Shown here piece after piece: positions 17,408 to 25,607 of a DNA stretch of 32,000 bases. Position 1 is the stretch's first letter, and every line of letters begins with the position of its first letter. A model generated the notes under the pieces. It ran no database searches. It was not told where the DNA came from and was given only the letters and a program-made list of their open reading frames with translations. Source of the DNA: Desulfocapsa sulfexigens DSM 10523 (GTDB lineage: Bacteria > Desulfobacterota > Desulfobulbia > Desulfobulbales > Desulfocapsaceae); NCBI RefSeq assembly GCF_000341395.1, contig NC_020304.1, positions 2,460,001-2,492,000 on the forward strand, given 5' to 3'. Made by a program: the position numbers and the translations under genes.

Positions 17408-19192
17408 CTATTCTTCTATATTATAACGCTGCATTTGTCTGTAGAGGGTGGAGCGGGCTACTCCAAGAAGTTTTGCTGCCTTTACTTTGTTTCCATTTAC
17501 CTGCTTGAGAGCATTGATGATTTTTTCATCTTCCCGTTGATAATGGGGGCTGATGGAGAAGAGTTCAACGGGATGGTCATGGTGATGAGGGAATGGAGGG
17601 GAACTTTGCAATACTGTTTCTTTTTTGGGGGGATTCTGGAGTTCGTCGGGGAGATGTTGTACCAGGAGCATGGGCCCATCACAAAGTACACATGCCCTTT
17701 CCATGACATGTCTTAGTTCCCGGACATTTCCAGGCCATTGGTAACTGGCCATGCATTCAAGCGCCTGGTCGGAAATAGTCGCAATTTTTTTGTTAAGCTG
17801 TTTTCTGAAAATTGTCAGGAAATGGGTAGCAAGCAGTGGGATACCATTGATTCTTTCGCGCAGGGGAGGCAGTCTTACTTCGATAACCTTGAGGCGGTAA
17901 TATAAGTCTTCCCTGAATTTTCCTTCGGAGACCATTTTTTGAAAGTCAACATTAGTGGCAGCGATAATCCTCACATCCACCTTTAAAGGCGTATCCTGGC
18001 CCACCGGGGTGAACGTTTTTTCCTGGAGAAAACGGAGAAGGAGTAACTGGTTCCGCGGCGAGATATCTCCAATTTCATCAAGGAAGAGCGTTCCTCCATC
18101 AGCTTGAAGCAGCATGCCCTCTCTGTCTCGGTCGGCTCCGGTAAAAGCACCCTTACGATGGCCGAAAAGCTCGCTTTCAAGTAAATTTTCGTTTACGGAG
18201 ACGCAGTCTACCTTGATAAGAGGTTTGTCACGTCGTGAACTTTCGGCATGAAGGGCCTCGGCAGCTAGTTCTTTTCCGGTTCCGGATTCACCTGTAATGA
18301 GGACGGCGGTATCGACCTTACCGATGTTTTCGATCATTTTGTAAACTTCCTGCATGGCCCTACTGGAGCCAACACAGCCATGAAATCGGTTCCGGATTTC
18401 ATTGATTTCTCTTGGTTCTTCGAGACTCATATCCCTTGCTACAATAACAACGCCCTGAAATTCATCATCTTCGCCACGCAACGGTGAGGCATTTAAGCTG
18501 ATGATCTTTGTGGAGTCATCGGCAGTATGGCACTCAATAAGATGTTTTCTCACTTCAGTGCCGTCCTGAAGAACTTTGCGGGCATCATTGAGACAGGCCA
18601 TACCGACTTCTTCTGGGAACTGATCGAGATCATAAAGTCCCTCCGCCCCTTTATCCTTGAGCCATTGTTCTGCTGTTTCATTGAGTTGTACAATCTGCAT
18701 ATTGGCGTCTATCGTTATAATTGCATCGCTGACCGAGCGAAAAATTGTCTCAAGGTAACGACGGAATTTTTCATTTTCCCGAAGCAGTCCTTCAGCTTTA
18801 TTTTCAAGAGACCAGTGCAGAAGTGCCTGGCGGGTAAAACGCAGCAGGGTATTCTTGTTTACAGGTTTGGAAATGTAATCAAAGGCGCCGTGTCTGACGG
18901 ATTCAGTAGCTGTTTCAAGGTTAGGGAATCCTGTTATCATCACCACAGGACATTTTATGTTCAGTTCCCTGGTTTTCTTTAGAAGGTCTGTTCCGCAGGG
19001 ACCTATCAGCACAATGTCACTGATAATAAGGTCATATGTGGTGTTTTTAATTGCTTCAATGGCTTGATCAAAAGTTGCTACGGTGTTGACAAATTGATAC
19101 CCTTCAGAGGTAAGAAAAATTTCGAATGTCTGGCGGATAGACTCTTCATCGTCGACAATAAGGATGTGGGCAGAATATAAGTCGTGCTCCAT
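17408..19192 (-). CDS. Sigma-54-dependent response regulator (REC-PAS-AAA+-Fis-type HTH; NtrC family bEBP)
   Basis: REC domain (ILIVDDEES...LIISDIVL...KPV), a central PAS-like region, AAA+ with Walker A GESGTGKE and the sigma-54 contact loop GAFTGA, and a C-terminal HTH (AAKLLGVARSTLYRQMQRY). I prefer the ATG at 19192, 4 nt after the kinase stop, to the track's TTG at 19219. Confidence 0.92.
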   Translation of the reverse strand: MEHDLYSAHILIVDDEESIRQTFEIFLTSEGYQFVNTVATFDQAIEAIKNTTYDLIISDIVLIGPCGTDLLKKTRELNIKCPVVMITGFPNLETATESVRHGAFDYISKPVNKNTLLRFTRQALLHWSLENKAEGLLRENEKFRRYLETIFRSVSDAIITIDANMQIVQLNETAEQWLKDKGAEGLYDLDQFPEEVGMACLNDARKVLQDGTEVRKHLIECHTADDSTKIISLNASPLRGEDDEFQGVVIVARDMSLEEPREINEIRNRFHGCVGSSRAMQEVYKMIENIGKVDTAVLITGESGTGKELAAEALHAESSRRDKPLIKVDCVSVNENLLESELFGHRKGAFTGADRDREGMLLQADGGTLFLDEIGDISPRNQLLLLRFLQEKTFTPVGQDTPLKVDVRIIAATNVDFQKMVSEGKFREDLYYRLKVIEVRLPPLRERINGIPLLATHFLTIFRKQLNKKIATISDQALECMASYQWPGNVRELRHVMERACVLCDGPMLLVQHLPDELQNPPKKETVLQSSPPFPHHHDHPVELFSISPHYQREDEKIINALKQVNGNKVKAAKLLGVARSTLYRQMQRYNIEE

Positions 19193-19196
19193 AAAT

Positions 19197-20318
19197 TCAG
19201 ATCCCTGCTGGAAGTTCAATGATCATTTCTGTGAATTGGTCGAGTATGGAGTTCACCCGCAGGTCACCTCCATGGTCTTTTATGATTCCATAGCTGATGC
19301 TGAGTCCGAGTCCTGTGCCCTCACCAGGAGGTTTCGTGGTGAAGAACGGTTCGAAGAGGCGCTCCAGAAGGGATTGAGGCAGACCGGTTCCATAATCTTT
19401 AATGGTTATGAAGTACACACAGGATTGTCCCTTCTTTTTTTTCTCACAAGTGATTTCAATCTTCTTTTGTGGATTGGGGGAAGGGTATCGGGCGTTTAAG
19501 GCGTAGCGGCTGTTGCTGATAAGGTTAAGAATAACCTGCTGCAGTTGTCTGAAATCGGCAATGATGAAAAAGTCTTTTTTTGGAAAGTCTGTTACTATCC
19601 TGATACCATCCTTGCTCAGTTGATGCCGCACCAGCGTAAGACTTTCTCTGATTACTTCCACAGGATTGACGGGTCCCTGGTCACGACCGTCTGCCCGTGA
19701 AAAAGAGAGCAGGTTGTGGGTGATTGAGGCTATCCGATCACCTTCATGGATAATTTTATGTATGATACTTTCTCCGGTGGCATCAAGCTTGTAGTTATCC
19801 AGCAGTATTTGAGCAAAATTGATGATGCCCGTGATGGGGTTGTTGATCTCATGGGCAACGCCCGCAGCAAGTTCACCAATGGCTGCCAGTTTGGCAGTAC
19901 GTATGGAGTCAACTCGGCGGCTTTCATCCCCGGAGAGTTCCCTGGCGATGAGCATGATTTTATCTATTGTTCCATCGGGCTCTTTAACCGGGGAAATGGT
20001 AAAGGAATATTCACCGAAGAGTCCGGGAAGTCGAGTCTCTTCAACTTTTGGAGAACAGGTCTTGAGAAATTCTTCCAGGGGGCATTTGATATGCGGCCAT
20101 CTGCCACCATGAACAATCTTACAGATCCCCTTGCCAACCACCTCTTTTCTCTCTTTCTTTGCAGCGAGCAGCGTTGCATTGTTTGCCTCAATAATGGTGC
20201 CATCGGGGCTTACAACAATTACAGGATCCTGGATAGCGTTGAAAAGTTGCTCCCAGGTGCCGCCGTGGTGGGTTTCCGATGTGGGGGAATGGTTGGGAGC
20301 AGTCTGCGGGGTGAGCAA
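19197..20318 (-). CDS. Soluble PAS-domain sensor histidine kinase (PAS-HisKA-HATPase_c), TTG start
   Basis: H-box GVAHEINNPITGII, N-box ILNLISNSRYAL, G1 IKDYGTGL, G2 GEGTGLGLSISYGI. No TM segments. The only available in-frame start downstream of the upstream TAA is the TTG at 20318, with GGAG 9 nt upstream. Confidence 0.9.
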   Translation of the reverse strand: MLTPQTAPNHSPTSETHHGGTWEQLFNAIQDPVIVVSPDGTIIEANNATLLAAKKERKEVVGKGICKIVHGGRWPHIKCPLEEFLKTCSPKVEETRLPGLFGEYSFTISPVKEPDGTIDKIMLIARELSGDESRRVDSIRTAKLAAIGELAAGVAHEINNPITGIINFAQILLDNYKLDATGESIIHKIIHEGDRIASITHNLLSFSRADGRDQGPVNPVEVIRESLTLVRHQLSKDGIRIVTDFPKKDFFIIADFRQLQQVILNLISNSRYALNARYPSPNPQKKIEITCEKKKKGQSCVYFITIKDYGTGLPQSLLERLFEPFFTTKPPGEGTGLGLSISYGIIKDHGGDLRVNSILDQFTEMIIELPAGI

Positions 20319-20414
20319 GGTATGTGACTCCGGATCAGTTTAAGTTTCATTTCCCACGGTATTCTGGCCCTGATTTTGTGGAATGATTTGTCAGGTTGAT
20401 TTCCTGACAACTGT

Positions 20415-20443
20415 AGTATACCACAGTGTGTTACACATGTGGA
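20415..20443 (-). promoter_or_regulatory. Candidate sigma-70 promoter of the kinase/activator operon, with an operator-like palindrome in the spacer
   Basis: The minus strand reads TCCACA-17 nt-TATACT with a TG extended -10 (TGGTATACT). The spacer contains the palindrome TGTGT-N-ACACA flanked by TGTGG/CCACA (20421-20442). Confidence 0.35.
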
Positions 20444-20566
20444 AGTGAATTTATTTTTGTTGAGTCACTTTATTGGATAGGAGGATGAGTGAAGGGGGCG
20501 GGAATGGGCTTGAGTGAATCAGGAGAAAAATTCTTACACAAAGGACTATAATGATGGAATGTGTTG

Positions 20567-21208
20567 TTATTCTTTGAGGAGTTTCAAGAGTAATTTTTTA
20601 AAGTGGGTTAACTTCACAGGTAAAATATCAATTTCCACCTGGATCAGATCGTAAAATTCCATAATCTGTTCATCGCTTAAGGAATCCATCCCCGTGTCTA
20701 GAATAATAATCTTGTTATACCAGCCAAGATTCAGGCGAGCGTCGGTAACAGACCATTGACCATCCTGAATGGACTGATTAATCATCCTGATCCAGGCAGG
20801 AGTCATAAGAGAGGTGCGGTTCTTTTGTAATTCTTTGGCAAGGTCATCACCAATCAGCATATCAATACAGTTTCTTGCGTGAGGAATCTTTCCTCCACAG
20901 TCTTCAACAACATCAGCTATATTCCGTTTTCCCTTACAATGTTTACCTACGAGAAAGCGAACTCTGTCCCCGTTTTTGATGGCTCTGTCGATACCTTCCT
21001 GCAATTGCTCCTCCATTGTGTGGGGATTGTTGTGGATGGTATAATGCATGTAGTCGATATGTGGACTTAGATTCAATTCGGCAAGAACACTTTCAAGTTC
21101 ATCACGAAAAATAGGACAGGTGATAAGGGAGATATCTCTGCGTTCAGTGATATCCTTTTTTGGAAAAGAAGAAAGTTCTTCGGTCTGTTTACAGAGAGAG
21201 CTTTGCAT
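20567..21208 (-). CDS. DUF1638-like protein of unknown function
   Basis: 213 aa. The pattern ITCPIFRDELE...H..P..MEEQLQEGID...CKG...CIDMLIGDD...TPAW matches my recollection of the DUF1638 family layout. The gene is visibly more AT-rich than its neighbours. Confidence 0.55.
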   Translation of the reverse strand: MQSSLCKQTEELSSFPKKDITERRDISLITCPIFRDELESVLAELNLSPHIDYMHYTIHNNPHTMEEQLQEGIDRAIKNGDRVRFLVGKHCKGKRNIADVVEDCGGKIPHARNCIDMLIGDDLAKELQKNRTSLMTPAWIRMINQSIQDGQWSVTDARLNLGWYNKIIILDTGMDSLSDEQIMEFYDLIQVEIDILPVKLTHFKKLLLKLLKE

Positions 21209-21390
21209 TTTTTTGTTTCCCAGTAGCTATTAATTAAAAGTCGTTTGTGAATACCATTATCATTCGCTGGAAACAAATCAATTTTTTAAATAGGATTGTT
21301 CAGTAGGAGGAATATGGGAGGTTGCCAGGAGTGAACGTTTAAATTGCTTTGAGTGGTATCTTGAAAATATTTGCCTGATTACCATCGAAA

Positions 21391-21533
21391 CTCAGCTTTG
21401 CAACCCGGAGTTGTTCCGTGTCGATTATATGGGACGCCATAAACACACCCCTGGGGGCTCCGTTGCGGCCGTCCAGGCCGCAGATGCCCATATAATCAAC
21501 ACGAAAAACTCCTCCTCAGACGGGTAAGCTGAG
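21391..21533 (-). ncRNA. Extended rod-like inverted-repeat structure (about 140 nt) downstream of tilS; candidate structured RNA or palindromic element, class unknown
   Basis: Nested pairings: ctcagctt (21391-98) with aagctgag (21526-33); ggagtt (21407-12) with aactcc (21507-12); a 17-bp stem of 21417-33 with 21487-503; and an apical tgcggcc/ggccgca hairpin (21464-82). The single mismatch in the 17-bp stem is C-A on the plus strand but a G-U wobble on the minus strand. That favours a minus-strand transcript. Confidence 0.35.
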
Positions 21534-21555
21534 GATTAGTGGTAAGCTGGAATAT

Positions 21556-22962
21556 TTATGAAGTCAGCCATTGCAGTGCCAATACCTGTTTTGTTTGTTT
21601 TCTGATTCGAAAATTATGGTCTATGCGCAGGCCGACTAGGGCAAGAATTGTATCTTTTGAGAGGATAAGAGGATACTTATCTCTTTCCATAATGGGTATT
21701 TTGTGATCAGAGAGAAAACGGGATAGTTTCTTTCTTCCTGGAGCACCAAGTGGTTGAAAGCATTCGCCTTCCTTGATATGACGGACGGAAAGAGGAAATT
21801 GTATCAAATCAGCATCAAGGAACAGGGTGTCCGGAGTGGCAGGCAGGGCCGGGGAAAATGGCAAGCACTGTATGTGTAGGGTATGACCAAGCTCTTCTAT
21901 GGGAAAGACACCTGGGCCATTTACGATAATGGGAGAAAATGATTTCCGGATGATTCCAGTGCCACGGTAGCTGCTCCGAAGAGATGGACGGTGAAAACAA
22001 ATGATTTCAGCTTCTCGAACTGCTCGTAAACCATTGCTGAGGTGAATTTCTTTGCGGGTTTCTGATTCTGCAAGGGCAAGCAGGCTTTTAATTTTCTTAT
22101 AGGACGGTTTTGATCCCAGCGTCCAGCATATCCTGTCAAGGATTCTACGTTGAATGGCAATCGGTTGTTGTAAAAAACCAGTAAGTGAAAGAGAGAGCAT
22201 ATCCTGTTCTTTAACGACAACACTCTGATAGGCGATTGTAGTTATTTCTTCGAGGAGCTTGTCCTCGTCGTTGAGGATTGTTGCAGTCTGAAGCAAAGTC
22301 TGGCGCACCGCTTGATTGTAGTCATTTTCAAGTTTTGGTAATAGCTCCAGGCGAATTCTGTTTCTCAAAAAGCGTCTGTCAAGATTGGAACTATCCAGGC
22401 AAAAAGGAATATTCTGTTCTTTTAAATAGGAGAGCAGGGTGTCTTTCGTCTCCTGGAGCAGAGGACGAACAATGTGTCCATGGTGCAAGTCCATGCCACT
22501 GAGTCCCCTGCTTCCACACCCTCGAATCAGACGAAGAAGAACCTCTTCAGCCTGGTCATCGGCTGTGTGTCCAACTGCGATAACGGATGCTCCATGGGAG
22601 ACTCTGAGCGTTTCAAGCGCCTGATAACGGAGTTCACGGGCGGCTTCTTCAAGTGAACAACCTTTTGCCTGCTGTTCACCTGTGACATCAATGGTAAGAG
22701 ATTCAAAATGTGCAGAGCATGCCATGGCCTGCTCTCGGACAAGTTTCTTTTCAGCTTCGGTTTCCAGAGGGCGTAGTCCATGGTCAATGTAAACAGCTAT
22801 ACGTCTGGTGGCCGGAAAGAGGTTGGAGAGAATGTGTAACAGGCTTATAGAATCAGCACCTCCGGAAACACCTAAGACAACAGATGATTTGGGATGAAAC
22901 AGGGAGGATGAGATGACCAGCTTCTCTATCCGTCTCTGGAGGGCGTTCATTCGAGATCTCAT
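21556..22962 (-). CDS. tilS: tRNA(Ile)-lysidine synthetase TilS
   Basis: 468 aa with the N-terminal PP-loop ATPase motif GVSGGADS, then HTADDQAEEVLLRLIRG and a C-terminal substrate-binding domain. Confidence 0.9.
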   Translation of the reverse strand: MRSRMNALQRRIEKLVISSSLFHPKSSVVLGVSGGADSISLLHILSNLFPATRRIAVYIDHGLRPLETEAEKKLVREQAMACSAHFESLTIDVTGEQQAKGCSLEEAARELRYQALETLRVSHGASVIAVGHTADDQAEEVLLRLIRGCGSRGLSGMDLHHGHIVRPLLQETKDTLLSYLKEQNIPFCLDSSNLDRRFLRNRIRLELLPKLENDYNQAVRQTLLQTATILNDEDKLLEEITTIAYQSVVVKEQDMLSLSLTGFLQQPIAIQRRILDRICWTLGSKPSYKKIKSLLALAESETRKEIHLSNGLRAVREAEIICFHRPSLRSSYRGTGIIRKSFSPIIVNGPGVFPIEELGHTLHIQCLPFSPALPATPDTLFLDADLIQFPLSVRHIKEGECFQPLGAPGRKKLSRFLSDHKIPIMERDKYPLILSKDTILALVGLRIDHNFRIRKQTKQVLALQWLTS

Positions 22963-23064
22963 GTTTTGAAAAACAATCCAGAGGGATTCTGTTTTTTATT
23001 TGAATAATCCATCCATTCGTATAGCATAGAATTATGAGAAATTCTAAAATTTAATCGGAGCACA

Positions 23065-23463
23065 ATGAAGATTCTAATTGCAGAAGATACTCCTGTTAAC
23101 CAGGTTTTGCTTGCTGATTTTCTGGAACCATATGGAGAGTGTCACGTAGCCAGGGATGGTTTTGAGGCTGTGGAAATTTTCGAGCAAAGTCTGAGCACGA
23201 CCGAACAGTCATTTGATCTGCTTTGTCTTGATATCATGATGCCGAAAATGGACGGACAGGCAGTACTTCAGACTGTTCGAAAGCTGGAAGAAGAGCAGGG
23301 GATAGCAGAGGAAGAGAGGGTGAAGGTTCTGATGATCACAGCCCTTGATGATTCGAAAAACATCATGGAGGCTCTGGTGAAGGGGAAGTGTGCAGGGTAT
23401 CTGACCAAACCTGTTAGTAGGGCCACACTGCAGGAGCAATTAGCTTTGTTAGGCCTTGGCTGA
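23065..23463 (+). CDS. Stand-alone CheY-like response-regulator receiver domain
   Basis: 132 aa. Contains ILIAEDTP, the phospho-acceptor context LLCLDIMMPKMDG, MITALDD and YLTKPV. GGAG SD 5 nt upstream. Confidence 0.9.
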   Translation: MKILIAEDTPVNQVLLADFLEPYGECHVARDGFEAVEIFEQSLSTTEQSFDLLCLDIMMPKMDGQAVLQTVRKLEEEQGIAEEERVKVLMITALDDSKNIMEALVKGKCAGYLTKPVSRATLQEQLALLGLG

Positions 23464-23483
23464 CAAAGGAGGTGTAGGGTGAA

Positions 23484-23813
23484 ATGACAGACCTATCCTT
23501 GTCTGATCGGGTGGAAATACATGTACGGGATTTTTATCAATTACCTGTTGAGAAGGTTGCCGTCATGCTTCCTACCTTTCTCGCTGTTCTCAAAAATCAT
23601 TTAAATGATCTGGAAACAGCACTTGATGGAGGTGACCTGATTGGAATTGGCCGGGTAGGACATACCCTGAAGGGTGCTCTTCTGAATCTGGGTCTTGCTG
23701 AGATCGCCGAGATTGCCGCAAGCATTGAAAGAGAGGGGAAATTAGGGGGGGAGAATTTTGATTTTACTGAAGCGGTATCCCGGTTGAAAGTAGAACTTCA
23801 AGAGATTCTTTGA
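23484..23813 (+). CDS. Histidine phosphotransfer (Hpt) domain protein
   Basis: 109 aa, helical, with the Hpt signature GHTLKGALLNLGL. AGGAGG SD upstream. Lies 20 nt after the receiver gene. Confidence 0.8.
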   Translation: MTDLSLSDRVEIHVRDFYQLPVEKVAVMLPTFLAVLKNHLNDLETALDGGDLIGIGRVGHTLKGALLNLGLAEIAEIAASIEREGKLGGENFDFTEAVSRLKVELQEIL

Positions 23814-23836
23814 AAATAAAGAAAACGAAAAAAAAA

Positions 23837-23871
23837 GGCGGCTTGAGAGTTCTCTCAAGCCGCCTTTTTTT
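23837..23871. terminator. Bidirectional Rho-independent terminator shared by the convergent Hpt and pntB genes
   Basis: Perfect 13-bp stem ggcggcttgagag / ctctcaagccgcc with a 2-nt loop. Flanked by an A-run on the 5' side and TTTTTTT on the 3' side. Confidence 0.85.
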
Positions 23872-23888
23872 ATGAAAAACGGAATACT

Positions 23889-25271
23889 TTATTCTTTAAC
23901 TGCTGAAAGCAGTTTTTGAATAGAGGACTTGGCATCACCAAAGAGCATCATGGTGTTGTCTTTGAAGAAAAGCTCATTCTCAATTCCTGCAAACCCAACG
24001 TTCATGGAACGTTTCAAGACAACGACGGTTTGTGCCTTATCAACTTCCAGAATAGGCATACCGTAAATAGGACTGCCTGGATTGGTTTTTGCGGCAGGGT
24101 TCACAACATCGTTAGCACCGATGACCAATACCACATCTGTGGTTGAAAAATCGTCGTTGATATCTTCCATGGCGTAAAGCTGATCATAGGGTACATCAGC
24201 CTCGGCAAGAAGAACGTTCATGTGCCCGGGCATACGACCGGCAACTGAGTGAATGGCATATCGAACATCGACACCTTCTTCTCCAAGGTAATCACCGAGC
24301 TCACGGGTAACATGCTGAGCCTGAGCAGCGGCCATACCATAACCTGGAACAATGATCAGGGAATCTGCATTTTGAAGGGTAATGGCGACATCTTCAACCT
24401 CGAATCCTTTCATACTTCCAGTGGGACCTTCGCCACCGTCAGCTACAGAGTCATCAACGGCACCAAAGGCACCAAAAAGGACATTGGCGAGCGAGCGATT
24501 CATGGCATCACACATGATTTTGGTGAGGAAGAGGCCCGATGCTCCAACCAGGGAACCAACAATAATAAGGGCATTATTGTTAAGGGCAAAACCGGTCATG
24601 GAAACTGCAAGTCCGGAGTAAGAGTTCAGGAGTGATACAATAACCGGCATGTCCGCTCCGCCTATCGGGATAACGGCAAGAACGCCAAGACCCAAAGCCA
24701 GAAGAATAATAAAATAAAACGCCAAAGTGTTGGCCGGGTTCTGGAATACTAAATAGGCAAGGAAAATGGTTAGCAGTACAATCCCGGCATTGACAACCTG
24801 CTGGAATGGATAGGTAATGGGGCGTGTGGAAATTATCCCCTGCAGTTTGGTGTAGGCAATAATGGAACCGGTAAAGGTAAGGCCACCAATAATAACGGAG
24901 AGAAGCAGGGTTATCATGGTGAAGTTTGCAAATGCGCCGGTATGACCATTAAACTCAGCCATGGCAACAAGTGCTGATGCAGCACCACCGCACCCGTTAA
25001 ACAGGGCAACCATTTCAGGCATTGAGGTCATCTCAACCTTCACAGCGGCATAGCCACCGATGGCTGCACCAATGGCAATGGCGATGATGATCATGGTGTA
25101 GCCGAACATGTCGGGGGAAGCGAGTGTGGCAGCAATTGCCACTAACATTCCAGCCATGGACAGCTTGTTTCCGAGTTTTGCCGTGGCTGGAGAGCTCAGA
25201 TTCTTGATACCAAGCATGAACAGTACAGCCGATATCAGATATACAAAATCGATAATATTAACAATAGACAT
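23889..25271 (-). CDS. pntB: NAD(P) transhydrogenase subunit beta
   Basis: 460 aa. Polytopic N-terminal membrane domain plus a C-terminal NADP(H)-binding dIII domain (GYGMAAAQAQH...VLVIGANDVVNPAA). Confidence 0.95.
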   Translation of the reverse strand: MSIVNIIDFVYLISAVLFMLGIKNLSSPATAKLGNKLSMAGMLVAIAATLASPDMFGYTMIIIAIAIGAAIGGYAAVKVEMTSMPEMVALFNGCGGAASALVAMAEFNGHTGAFANFTMITLLLSVIIGGLTFTGSIIAYTKLQGIISTRPITYPFQQVVNAGIVLLTIFLAYLVFQNPANTLAFYFIILLALGLGVLAVIPIGGADMPVIVSLLNSYSGLAVSMTGFALNNNALIIVGSLVGASGLFLTKIMCDAMNRSLANVLFGAFGAVDDSVADGGEGPTGSMKGFEVEDVAITLQNADSLIIVPGYGMAAAQAQHVTRELGDYLGEEGVDVRYAIHSVAGRMPGHMNVLLAEADVPYDQLYAMEDINDDFSTTDVVLVIGANDVVNPAAKTNPGSPIYGMPILEVDKAQTVVVLKRSMNVGFAGIENELFFKDNTMMLFGDAKSSIQKLLSAVKE

Positions 25272-25291
25272 AGGTTAACTCTCTGGTTGTA

Positions 25292-25597
25292 CTATTCTTT
25301 TTTCTTCCGCTTCTTTTTCTTGAACATCTGAAGCATTCTGTCCGTTACCATGTATCCACCAACCACATTCACCGTGGCAAATACAACTGCACAAAATCCA
25401 AGCATGGATTCTGCATCAATACTTTCGGGGCGACCCGTGGCAATCAAAGCACCAAGGATGGCAACACCTGAAATGGCATTTGATGCGGACATAAGTGGGG
25501 TGTGTAAGGTTTGCGGCACTTTTGAAATAAGCTCGGCCCCTGCAAAGCAGGCCAGTACAAAAATGGTCAAACCGATAATGATTGTTCCTGTATCCAT
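25292..25597 (-). CDS. pntAB: NAD(P) transhydrogenase subunit alpha part 2 (membrane dII segment)
   Basis: 101-aa three-helix membrane protein lying between pntAA and pntB. Contains LHTPLMSASNAISG. Confidence 0.9.
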   Translation of the reverse strand: MDTGTIIIGLTIFVLACFAGAELISKVPQTLHTPLMSASNAISGVAILGALIATGRPESIDAESMLGFCAVVFATVNVVGGYMVTDRMLQMFKKKKRKKKE

Positions 25598-25607
25598 TTT
25601 TTTCTCC

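Noticed and set aside
21339-21491. 50-aa minus-strand ORF (MGICGLDGRNGAPRGVFMASHIIDTEQLRV...) inside the structured element
   Set aside because: It has no Shine-Dalgarno, its start codon is buried in the 17-bp stem, and its composition reflects the palindrome. It is more likely non-coding.
25292-25330. Lys-rich C-terminal tail (FKKKKRKKKE) of PntAB
   Set aside because: Short basic tails at the cytoplasmic end of this subunit look like ordinary positive-inside topology signals. The A/T-rich run is in frame and shows no sign of slippage.
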